Shown here: in pieces, positions 51,171 to 58,555 of the stretch | Layout of the letters: each line of letters opens with the position of its first letter | How positions within the stretch are numbered: position 1 is the first letter of the stretch | Source: a virus | Reading direction: 5' to 3' (one strand) | DNA length: 64,000 nucleotides | IMG/VR virus record: IMGVR_UViG_3300025840_000015 | Span: 1-64,000 of that record | Notes under the pieces: generated by a model | The model's database searches: none | Seen by the model: the letters and a program-made list of their open reading frames with translations, nothing else | What the model was told of the DNA's origin: nothing | Program-made: the position numbers and the translations under genes

Positions 51171-51934
51171 CAGATAACGCGAGTCTTTTCGTGTCCAACG
51201 CGAATGCGAGGATCACACCAAATCTCAAAACCTGCTGAGATTGCATCCAGACAGAAGGATACGTCCTCTCCACACATGTCCTGAACGTTACCAGACTCAA
51301 ATACTTGCATCTTGGGAGCAAACCAGGGATACTTCATCTCTTCGTGCTCAAATACTCCGTTCTTAATCAGGACCCATCCAAATCCTGTGTAGTCAACAGT
51401 GAATGGTTTGCGGCGCTTGGAGATACTCTCAAGCGTTTCGTGATTCATCACACCACCATTGCCACGGAAGTCCTCTTCGTCCAGCCAATGAGCAACTGAT
51501 GTGGTGCGACCGTCCTCAGTGCAATACCAACCTGCTGCAATTTCTTTGTCCATCAGAACCAATTGATAAAGTTTTTCTGTGTTGAAAACAATATCAGAAT
51601 CAATCCAAAGTTGATAATCATAATTAAGTTTTCCATCCCACGGAAGTTGATCAGGTCCACGCAGAACGTTCGCTCCTAAACACTTGCAACGTGCAAAGTT
51701 TACCATTGACGAATAATCCTGCGAGATCTGGATAGATGCTCCGCACTTCACCAAGTCAAATGCCATCTGCACAAAGGACTTGAGGAATTGATATGAAACT
51801 CCACGTCCTGGGAGACAAAATACGATTGTCTTGCCCCTCAGCATTTCTTTTGCCTGCTCATAATCCCACGTGGTGGCGGCGGAATCTGAATTCGTGGCAG
51901 GCGTTTTTGCTTTTACTGTAAATCCTTTAGACAT
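51170..51934 (-). CDS. GT-A fold glycosyltransferase-like protein
   Basis: WIDSDI (DxD) motif, GFGWVLIK, GEDVSFC, VGHEK. Confidence 0.8.
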   Translation of the reverse strand: MSKGFTVKAKTPATNSDSAATTWDYEQAKEMLRGKTIVFCLPGRGVSYQFLKSFVQMAFDLVKCGASIQISQDYSSMVNFARCKCLGANVLRGPDQLPWDGKLNYDYQLWIDSDIVFNTEKLYQLVLMDKEIAAGWYCTEDGRTTSVAHWLDEEDFRGNGGVMNHETLESISKRRKPFTVDYTGFGWVLIKNGVFEHEEMKYPWFAPKMQVFESGNVQDMCGEDVSFCLDAISAGFEIWCDPRIRVGHEKTRVI

Positions 51935-51956
51935 AATAGAAAGTTGTTACTGCAAT

Positions 51957-51985
51957 ATCATACGGTATTATGTAGGTTTTGTCAA
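51957..51985 (-). promoter_or_regulatory. Sigma70-like promoter
   Basis: TTGACA-N17-TATGAT upstream of the glycosyltransferase. Confidence 0.8.
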
Positions 51986-52158
51986 CCTCGGTCAGTCACG
52001 ATCAGACAATCTCCATCAACCTCGATGTTTAGGTTTGTGCCCTCATACCATCCCTTCTCATCGAGAATCCACTGGGGAATTGTGATAAAAAATTCACCGC
52101 TAACTGTATCCACCTCTACGGTTGTTAAATTTTCTGCGCGATTTTTTTTCATTTTCAT
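51982..52158 (-). CDS. AbrB/SpoVT-like small DNA-binding protein
   Basis: FITIPQWILDEKGWYEGTNLNIEVDG swapped-hairpin pattern; start trimmed to MKMKKN. Confidence 0.7.
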   Translation of the reverse strand: MKMKKNRAENLTTVEVDTVSGEFFITIPQWILDEKGWYEGTNLNIEVDGDCLIVTDRG

Positions 52159-52359
52159 GTTTTCTTCTCTAGTTTTTATATAGGACTTTGAGGATTTTTG
52201 TGGGCACGAAAAATTTTTTGAATCGAGAAGCGTTTTATATTTACTTCGCGATCGTAACACTTTATAGATTAGGGTAGTTAGGGGTTTTATATACGGGGGG
52301 GGCATGGATCGGATCATCGGCGCCCCGCCCGCGCGGGGCACTGTGTTTTACGAAGATTG

Positions 52360-52388
52360 GGGCGGCAGGGTATAAAGAACTGCCGCCC
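52360..52388. terminator. GC hairpin after the 139-aa ORF
   Basis: GGGCGGCAG-N11-CTGCCGCCC; the loop contains TATAAAGAA. Confidence 0.55.
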
Positions 52389-52400
52389 GCTAAGTGTAAC

Positions 52401-52820
52401 TTAGAGTCCGAACTTTTCCCGACAGATAGGACCGATTCCTAACTCTATTGAAAGAGGGTTAGTTAGTTCACGAGCGCAACACGAGCAGGTGCCAGTATTC
52501 TGCCCGTAAAGTTTAGCGGCAGAGTAAGGATCAGCGGCGACGGATTGCACCCGTTTGATTAGATCAACCTCACCCAGATTAGTGGCGTTAGAAGTGATCC
52601 AACCCAGATAAATGTTGCTCATTGTGCCCCACTGATTAACCTCTTTATCGTGAGAAAAAACATACATTTTTCCCTGATATTTCGAGGGTTTAACTATAAA
52701 GTCTTGGAATCGCATTGTGATTCGCTTAAGACCGCGATTCTGTGCCTCTTCAATTGCATTAATGATCCCGCTAAAGTTATGGGCGGGAATGGCATTGTGG
52801 CGGATGATGGGATGGCGCAT
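52401..52820 (-). CDS. Protein with C-terminal DUF6011-like zinc finger
   Basis: CSCCARELTNPLSIELGIGPIC. Confidence 0.8.
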   Translation of the reverse strand: MRHPIIRHNAIPAHNFSGIINAIEEAQNRGLKRITMRFQDFIVKPSKYQGKMYVFSHDKEVNQWGTMSNIYLGWITSNATNLGEVDLIKRVQSVAADPYSAAKLYGQNTGTCSCCARELTNPLSIELGIGPICREKFGL

Positions 52821-52915
52821 GATGCTTACCGGTGGTTTGGTTGGTGCGGGTTCTGCCCCGCGTGATCTAATGGTAAAGAGTAAGGGGGGGAGAATGCCCC
52901 CCCGTTAACATTAGT

Positions 52916-53215
52916 TCACACTCCCAGGAACCGGGCGATCCGCTCACGCTTGCGAAGCGGCAGGAGGCGTTTGTAGGAAACAAAGGAGCGGCGCCCAATG
53001 CTGTATTCATAGCGGCGCACCATCCCTTGTGCCGCCATCTCCTTAAGAAGGATGGAAACGGTGGTGCGTGCCTCCTTGGGCATCCCCAGCGCCCGGTTGA
53101 TCTCAGAGGGTCCAAGACCGTGGCGGGTTTTGTCCCCATCCATCGGCAGAACCGACAGGATCGCCCATTGGTAGGTTGCGCCGAATGCCTTGCGATCGGT
53201 GATGGTGGTGAACAT
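52916..53215 (-). CDS. Winged-helix DNA-binding protein
   Basis: LGPSEINRALGM...TVSILLKEMAAQGMVRR followed by a beta wing. Confidence 0.7.
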   Translation of the reverse strand: MFTTITDRKAFGATYQWAILSVLPMDGDKTRHGLGPSEINRALGMPKEARTTVSILLKEMAAQGMVRRYEYSIGRRSFVSYKRLLPLRKRERIARFLGV

Positions 53216-53279
53216 GGTTCAGTGGTGGTGAACGACCCCCATAAATTACCGGATCCACAGGAACCTGCCAACGTGGGGT

Positions 53280-53303
53280 TGTGACACCTTTAGGATTGGC
53301 ACA
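53280..53303. promoter_or_regulatory. 24-bp palindromic element (representative of about 12 copies)
   Basis: TGTGACACC-N6-ATTGGCACA, upstream of TTGGCA-N17-TAATTT on the minus strand. Confidence 0.7.
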
Positions 53304-53314
53304 ACCCCAGTTTG

Positions 53315-53506
53315 TATAAAGAATAAAACAAGGATTGCAAGATATAAAGAATAAGACAGGACTGAATGTAAAGAATAAACCACACCACTGACCAATAGTT
53401 TACATTCAATCCTGTGTTATTCTTTATACTCAGAGAAAATATAAAGAATAAAGAACTGATTAGGATTCATTCTTTATTCTTTATACTCAGTGTTAAGTAT
53501 AAAGAT
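53315..53506. repeat. AT-rich cluster of TATAAAGAATAA motifs forming inverted repeats
   Basis: 30-bp arms 53343-53372 / 53399-53428 (28/30 match); 16-bp perfect arms 53440-53455 / 53470-53485. Confidence 0.9.
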
Positions 53507-53512
53507 TAAGAT

Positions 53513-53623
53513 TTATTTCTTTTTCCTCCTTTTGTTTGCTGATTGTTTCTTCGGTGTTAGAATGTTCTTAAACCTTTTATCAGGACGTGATTTACCATCC
53601 CGATGAATCCATTTGTTTGCCAT
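53513..53623 (-). CDS. 36-aa basic peptide
   Basis: MANKWIHRDGKSRPDKRFKNILTPKKQSANKRRKKK. Confidence 0.5.
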   Translation of the reverse strand: MANKWIHRDGKSRPDKRFKNILTPKKQSANKRRKKK

Positions 53624-53628
53624 GTTCT

Positions 53629-53793
53629 TTATACAAACTGTGCAGGTGAACCACAAGACTGATAGAATCTAATCATTCTCTCTGCCTCTTCCTTTGTAGT
53701 GAAAGATTGTGTTCGCCATTGGCATTCATTATATGGTGATATGTATTTAATTGTGAAACCAATTGAATTAATTTGTTTTTGATTGTTGTTCAT
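53629..53793 (-). CDS. 54-aa hypothetical protein
   Basis: MNNNQKQINSIGFTIKYISPYNECQWRTQSFTTKEEAERMIRFYQSCGSPAQFV. Confidence 0.65.
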   Translation of the reverse strand: MNNNQKQINSIGFTIKYISPYNECQWRTQSFTTKEEAERMIRFYQSCGSPAQFV

Positions 53794-53880
53794 TGTTTGG
53801 TGTTTGTTTTAATGTTGTTTTATTGTATTGTGCGCACACATCTCGTCGAGATTCTGTATGCGCACATCTCGTCGAGATTT

Positions 53881-54015
53881 CTATACTTCCTCAACCTCCA
53901 ATCCAAGGAGTTGATCAACAGTAACCTCCAAAAGTGCTGCCAATTCTTCATCACTCATCCATGTGATGTCGATCGGCATTTCTTCGATCTGTGCGGTGGT
54001 GGTGAAGTGATCCAT
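53881..54015 (-). CDS. 44-aa acidic protein
   Basis: MDHFTTTAQIEEMPIDITWMSDEELAALLEVTVDQLLGLEVEEV, with an ACC-rich leader. Confidence 0.65.
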   Translation of the reverse strand: MDHFTTTAQIEEMPIDITWMSDEELAALLEVTVDQLLGLEVEEV

Positions 54016-54101
54016 GGTTTCTGGTGGTGGTGCGGGTTCCTGTCCCGCTTGCTCTAATGGTAAAGGGTAATGGGGGCGTTGCCGCCCCCCTGGCAGACGG
54101 T

Positions 54102-54311
54102 TCAGCGATTGGCACGACGGCGGCGGATCTCATCGCCATAGGTGTGCGCCTCATCGTCGTAACGACCCTCAGCGATGGGGTTCCATCCCCGCATTGCCTC
54201 AGCGGCGCGGCGGGCATCCTGGGCGCTCCAGAGCAGCGCCTCATCGCTCATGCTCTTGGCACGTGCCTCCCAAGTGGCGAAATCAGCGGCGGTGGCGTAA
54301 GTGGCGATCAT
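54102..54311 (-). CDS. 69-aa hypothetical early protein
   Basis: MIATYATAADF...YDDEAHTYGDEIRRR; start trimmed to follow the TACAAT box and leader. Confidence 0.7.
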   Translation of the reverse strand: MIATYATAADFATWEARAKSMSDEALLWSAQDARRAAEAMRGWNPIAEGRYDDEAHTYGDEIRRRRANR

Positions 54312-54450
54312 GGTCCGGTGGTGTGAACTGCGATAATTGTAGCAGATAATTGGGGGGGGAGAGAGGAGGAGATCGATCGAATCCCCATTGTGACGATTTA
54401 TGAACAGTCCACCGATTGTCTGATTCTGGCGCCGGGCGCGTGTAGAATAA

Positions 54451-54512
54451 GGGGACAATCAGATGAGGGGTGGGGTAACCCCGTTGATGAAATGGTCGCC
54501 ACGCCCCCTGCG
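54451..54512 (+). ncRNA. Candidate structured small RNA, copy A
   Basis: TAGAAT -10 box, then GGGGACAATC..GAGGGG..GGGGTAACCCC..GATGA..TCGCCAC GCCCCCTGC; paralogue at 56620. Confidence 0.5.
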
Positions 54513-54638
54513 CAATTTTATTTGCGAACAATTGTGAAATGTGTTGACCCGACCGGATCCCCTATGCTAGGATTGGGGTAGAACCTTTTGTATGTTACGG
54601 ATTGTTAAAGAAAGGGGGCGTTGCCGCCCCGTTGTGGT

Positions 54639-54926
54639 TCAATGGAAAAAGTCGTAAGGCGTTTGCTCTGTCGGATCATATCCCTCCCAGAGCATTGCTA
54701 CAGTGCTAGCAATGCTGCGCTCTGCCTTCCAGCAGTCTAGGATGACATCCAGTGCCCAACCGTCATCAAGGGTGGCAGGGGGGCATTCCTGCGCCTCCAC
54801 AGCATCCCAGAACTCTCCAAAGGACTCATCCTGCCAGCAGGATTCGGAATCCAGCGCCATGCGCCGGTTGTATTCTTGGCGCTCTTGGCGCTCCATCTCT
54901 GCAAGGGTGCTGTTGTGAAAATCCAT
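54639..54926 (-). CDS. 95-aa acidic hypothetical early protein
   Basis: MDFHNSTLAEMERQE..., own -10 box and ACC leader, GC hairpin downstream. Confidence 0.7.
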   Translation of the reverse strand: MDFHNSTLAEMERQERQEYNRRMALDSESCWQDESFGEFWDAVEAQECPPATLDDGWALDVILDCWKAERSIASTVAMLWEGYDPTEQTPYDFFH

Positions 54927-55001
54927 GGTTCCGGTGTGGTGCGGTTTGCTTTGAAAGTATAGAGGCAAAGGGAGCAGGGGTCAACCTGCCCCCCGTAGGG
55001 A

Positions 55002-55175
55002 TCAGACCGTCTGATCCTTAATGGCATCATGTACCTCTCCCAGCATGTCATACCAACGGGTTAGACCTTTTTGACCCATTTCGTGCCCTTTGGCGGACAG
55101 GAGCGCGATTCGGATCGTATCCCAATCGCCTGCGGCAAGGGTGACGGTTTTGTTTTTGGTGGTGGTGGTGCTCAT
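55002..55175 (-). CDS. 57-aa hypothetical early protein
   Basis: MSTTTTKNKTVTLAAGDWDTIRIALLSAKGHEMGQKGLTRWYDMLGEVHDAIKDQTV; promoter ATGACG-N17-TAGGAT. Confidence 0.65.
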   Translation of the reverse strand: MSTTTTKNKTVTLAAGDWDTIRIALLSAKGHEMGQKGLTRWYDMLGEVHDAIKDQTV

Positions 55176-55264
55176 CAGTCTCGGGTGTGGTGCGGGTTCC
55201 TGTCCCGCTTGAGCATATCCTACATCAGAAGGGGGGATCCGTCATCCCCCCCAGTGGACGGTGG

Positions 55265-55927
55265 TCAGACCGTCACAATCCTGTCTGCCTTTTTCTTTGC
55301 TGTTCCATGCGACGGAAAACATACAATAACGTTACGGTCGGAGTTAGCACAAATGCCGCAAGTTGCACATGTAACATTATCATGAATCTTTGCAGGGCAG
55401 ACTACACATTTGCGACCGTTGGTTGTTGTGAAGAACCGGCGCGATTCTGTGGAGGGAACAACAGCAACGGCAGGGATTCCGTGCTCTGTCATCACTTTAT
55501 CAGCAACCTCTACAGACTCACAGGATGCAGAGATTGTGAAACCTTTGCTGTTTGCTTCCTTGATAATTTCAAGGTTCTCAGTGTTGAGAACGTGGTGAGT
55601 GTAAGTGTAACCTTTGCGCCCTTTGTTTGCTGCCACCAGATCAGCAACACTGGCGCGATCGATGTTCCCATCAACATGGGGCAGATCACCGGATACGTTG
55701 TGGCGCCAGATCTGACCGCGTGCAATCCGGCGAACCTTAGAGAGGAATTCCTCCCATACAATGCCGGTTTCGGATACCTTGCGCCATGCCGCGCCCTGGA
55801 AGTGGAATTTGGCGTAGCACGCTTCCGCCATGGGGCAGGTAGCGGGGCAGGATGCCTGTTCAGTGGTGCTGGCAGGGATCCTGCCAAGTTGGGCGTTGCT
55901 GCTGGCGGGGTTGAAAGAGACGCGCAT
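55265..55927 (-). CDS. Cys-rich phage protein, possible Fe-S (radical-SAM-like) enzyme
   Basis: SCPATCPMAEACYA, RHNVSGDL, GYTYTH, CPA...TCATCGIC...H. Confidence 0.7.
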   Translation of the reverse strand: MRVSFNPASSNAQLGRIPASTTEQASCPATCPMAEACYAKFHFQGAAWRKVSETGIVWEEFLSKVRRIARGQIWRHNVSGDLPHVDGNIDRASVADLVAANKGRKGYTYTHHVLNTENLEIIKEANSKGFTISASCESVEVADKVMTEHGIPAVAVVPSTESRRFFTTTNGRKCVVCPAKIHDNVTCATCGICANSDRNVIVCFPSHGTAKKKADRIVTV

Positions 55928-55997
55928 TGGTGTGGTTGCGACTGATCAAACAATAACAGGGGGGAGAGCGCCTGCCAACCCCCCTAGTGGACGGTTA

Positions 55998-56477
55998 TCA
56001 GATCGCCACACCATCCTGGCGAAGGCGATCCACAAGACGGGATGCCATGGCGCCACAATGGGGGCACTTTGTGGCGTATTTGATCTCTGATTTAATTTTA
56101 TGATCTTTCACCCGTGCGAACTTATAACGATAAACTTTGCTAAGTGTAAGCATTGCCTGCCTTTTTGTAATGTCGTTTTCATCAATCTCACGGTAGATTG
56201 TCACCAGATTGTGATAGGACAGGGTAGGATTACGGCGGATTTGATTCAATCGTGAAACTGCAAGTTTGGCGAATACTGCATCACCAGTAGTTTCAGTGAC
56301 TACATCAATCAGATAATCGTGAAAAGCAATAAGTTCTTCTTCTTTCTTTTGCTGCTGTTCTTTCTGTTCTTCCTCTTTCTTGATTGATTCGATCTGGGAG
56401 GTAATTTCCCGGAAAGATTCCACGAACTGCTTCTGCAGTTCGTTCAGGTTTGCGGTGAGAGTTTGGAGGTCGCTCAT
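55998..56477 (-). CDS. 159-aa protein with N-terminal coiled coil and C-terminal CPHC
   Basis: Start trimmed to MSDLQTLTAN. Confidence 0.75.
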   Translation of the reverse strand: MSDLQTLTANLNELQKQFVESFREITSQIESIKKEEEQKEQQQKKEEELIAFHDYLIDVVTETTGDAVFAKLAVSRLNQIRRNPTLSYHNLVTIYREIDENDITKRQAMLTLSKVYRYKFARVKDHKIKSEIKYATKCPHCGAMASRLVDRLRQDGVAI

Positions 56478-56619
56478 TGTTCTGGGTTGGGGTGGAATCG
56501 GATCCGTTTGTCCGATGGGCACAGTATGCCCCGGCAAGACGGGGCAGATCAACCAACCCTGTGCCACTACCAGAACCGTCCACAAGGGCGTTGTAAGGTC
56601 TTAAAATGCTCTATTGTAT

Positions 56620-56682
56620 GGGGACAATCGAAAGAGGGGAGGGGTATCCCTGTAGACGACAATACATCGCCACCGCCCCTGC
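56620..56682 (+). ncRNA. Candidate structured small RNA, copy B
   Basis: TATTGT -10 box, then GGGGACAATC..GAGGGG..GGGGTATCCC..GACGA..TCGCCAC CGCCCCTGC. Confidence 0.5.
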
Positions 56683-56707
56683 CATAAAATAATTGTTTCA
56701 ATATGTT

Positions 56708-56880
56708 AAAAAAAAGGATCCCGCACCACCAGGATCCTCTAGACTCCAATCACCAGATACGCTATACCCATATTTTATCTTAACGTTCTCGCAGAGTGAC
56801 TTTTTTTTTCTTTACAATGTGGGCAAACTCCTTCCCACACGGATAACTTTATTTTAGAGAGGCAAATCCCTTCCTCTTAA
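56708..56880 (-). ncRNA. Candidate non-coding RNA or long 3' UTR with twin hairpins and a terminator
   Basis: AGAGG-AAGGGATTTG-CCTCT and GTGGG-AAGGAGTTTG-CCCAC hairpins, ending in AGGATCC-N10-GGATCCT plus a T run. Confidence 0.45.
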
Positions 56881-56882
56881 GA

Positions 56883-57077
56883 TTATTGTATCATCCAATG
56901 TGGGTCATTGTCAAGTGCAACCCAGAAAAAGTTACGATTGTTTGCACTTCTTAAGAATAGTTTGTTGTTCACGATTTGTTCAATAATGCATACAGAATCG
57001 CGTGCCATTAAATTGGCGAATCTGTTTTTTGCTTTTGATGAAATCGGTTTGACTTGAATGGTTTCCATGATGTCCAT
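56883..57077 (-). CDS. 64-aa hypothetical protein
   Basis: VKPISSKAKNRFANLM...FFWV...DPHW; TATAAT upstream. Confidence 0.75.
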   Translation of the reverse strand: MDIMETIQVKPISSKAKNRFANLMARDSVCIIEQIVNNKLFLRSANNRNFFWVALDNDPHWMIQ

Positions 57078-57171
57078 TGCAATGTGTTCATTATAATGGA
57101 TGGTGATAATCTCGTCGAGATTGTGTGTGCCAATTGTTATGGTGTCACAATCTCGACGAGATCCTTTTAGA

Positions 57172-57393
57172 TCACTGCTTGACGAGAGTCAGTTGATTCT
57201 CACGCAGTGCATTGTTGAAAAACTTACCAACGCTACCATCAGAATTGATGGTTTCCGTCAGAGTCGAAATAAACTGTTCTGCATTAACCACACCGTAGGT
57301 ATAGTCTCGACCACCAGTAAAGGTGACGGTCACTTGATCATCGACAACATCAGAGATAGATTCGATGGCGGAAGAAGTGAACTTAGGGAACAT
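57172..57393 (-). CDS. KTSC-domain protein
   Basis: SSAI..I....VTVTF..G..Y.Y.V...SVGKFFN. Confidence 0.8.
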   Translation of the reverse strand: MFPKFTSSAIESISDVVDDQVTVTFTGGRDYTYGVVNAEQFISTLTETINSDGSVGKFFNNALRENQLTLVKQ

Positions 57394-57464
57394 GATTTAG
57401 AATTGTGTAAAGGAACAGATGGAGTCTTTAGGGCGCTGCCGTTCCCTGTGTGATCAGTCTAGCA

Positions 57465-57611
57465 TCAGAACTCGATGGTGTCTAGTGTAGGACAAACAGT
57501 TTCGCCAGATTCACAAGTGTCACTCCCATCACAGAGAACATCAAGAATTCGAAGGATTTCTGATCCATTGGAACCTTTGCGGAGTGCGTGGATGTAAAGT
57601 TCTTTAGTCAT
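57465..57611 (-). CDS. 48-aa hypothetical protein
   Basis: MTKELYIHALRKGSNGSEILRILD; TAGAAT upstream. Confidence 0.65.
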   Translation of the reverse strand: MTKELYIHALRKGSNGSEILRILDVLCDGSDTCESGETVCPTLDTIEF

Positions 57612-57681
57612 TGTTGCCTTTGGTTGACTCTGTAATTCTAAGGGCATGGCGGGGACATTGCTGCCCCCCTTGTGCCACTGC

Positions 57682-58188
57682 TCAGACTGTCATAAGGAGA
57701 GCAGGTTGTTCTGTAACGAAATCATACTCTTGGGTGTTAGTGTCACCCCAACCCAGTTTCCAACACTGCCATCCCAAACCAGGAGTAAACAGATAGCACC
57801 ATTCCTCTCCACAATCACCTGAGAGAAACTCATCGAAGTTGCTCATCCTAGGAGGAGCATCTTCACCTCGCTCACTATAATACAGTGGAGCAGGTTTTGC
57901 TTTTACTGGAGAATAGACCCACTGTTCATTATCAGTGGTGATATATTCTACAGTTCTGTTACCCTCAGAATCATAGATCTCTTTTTTGAGAGGAACAGAA
58001 TCCCAACGATGTGTGGTGTGCAACTGCCCCATATCACCACCGTTGATGAGTTCTTCTACCTGTTCTTTATACAGGTAGTTGTCAATAAGTTGGCGACCAT
58101 TGTGTTGAATGTAACCATCATAATGACAGTAAACACTAATGATTTGATCGGGTCCGAGAGCAAGACCGATGCGAGAGCGAGTTCCCAT
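57682..58188 (-). CDS. Conserved phage hypothetical protein
   Basis: MGTRSRIG...SVYCHYDGY...GEEWCYLF pattern. Confidence 0.8.
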   Translation of the reverse strand: MGTRSRIGLALGPDQIISVYCHYDGYIQHNGRQLIDNYLYKEQVEELINGGDMGQLHTTHRWDSVPLKKEIYDSEGNRTVEYITTDNEQWVYSPVKAKPAPLYYSERGEDAPPRMSNFDEFLSGDCGEEWCYLFTPGLGWQCWKLGWGDTNTQEYDFVTEQPALLMTV

Positions 58189-58254
58189 GGTGTGTTGGGT
58201 GAACTGAGATCAGTGTAGCAGGTTTGGGGGATGCTGTCATCCCCCTGTCAGGAA

Positions 58255-58431
58255 TCAGTAACTCAGATCCTCCAGATATTCTGTGAAGATTTCTGACACT
58301 TCATCCCATTGGGCGTCCGTCAGAAAACCGCACTGATCCTCCATCCAGTTGGAAACCATAGACCAGTCTGCATCCATCTCTTGGATGAACTGGGGCAGGG
58401 ACTGGAGAGCACTGATGAAATTAGAAGTCAT
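58255..58431 (-). CDS. 58-aa acidic protein
   Basis: MTSNFISALQSLPQFIQEMDADWSMVSNWMEDQCGFLTDAQWDEVSEIFTEYLEDLSY. Confidence 0.65.
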   Translation of the reverse strand: MTSNFISALQSLPQFIQEMDADWSMVSNWMEDQCGFLTDAQWDEVSEIFTEYLEDLSY

Positions 58432-58555
58432 GGTCGGAGTTGAGTTCCTGTTGAAAGTCTAGCATGGATTCCTGCATTTCGGGGATGTCGAAGATCTCAC
58501 CCGGAGAATCCATGATCTCATTCCAGAGATCAGTGTCGATCAGATCAAATTCCAT
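58421..58555 (-). CDS. 44-aa acidic protein
   Basis: MEFDLIDTDLWNEIMDSPGEIFDIPEMQESMLDFQQELNSDHDF. Confidence 0.6.
   Translation of the reverse strand: MEFDLIDTDLWNEIMDSPGEIFDIPEMQESMLDFQQELNSDHDF

Noticed and set aside
54484-54500. TTGATGA in small-RNA copy A as a hammerhead ribozyme core
   Set aside because: Not CUGAUGA, no correctly placed GAAA after a stem II, and not conserved in copy B.
55187-55945. 252-aa plus-strand ORF
   Set aside because: Antisense shadow of the motif-bearing 55265-55927 gene in GC-rich DNA.
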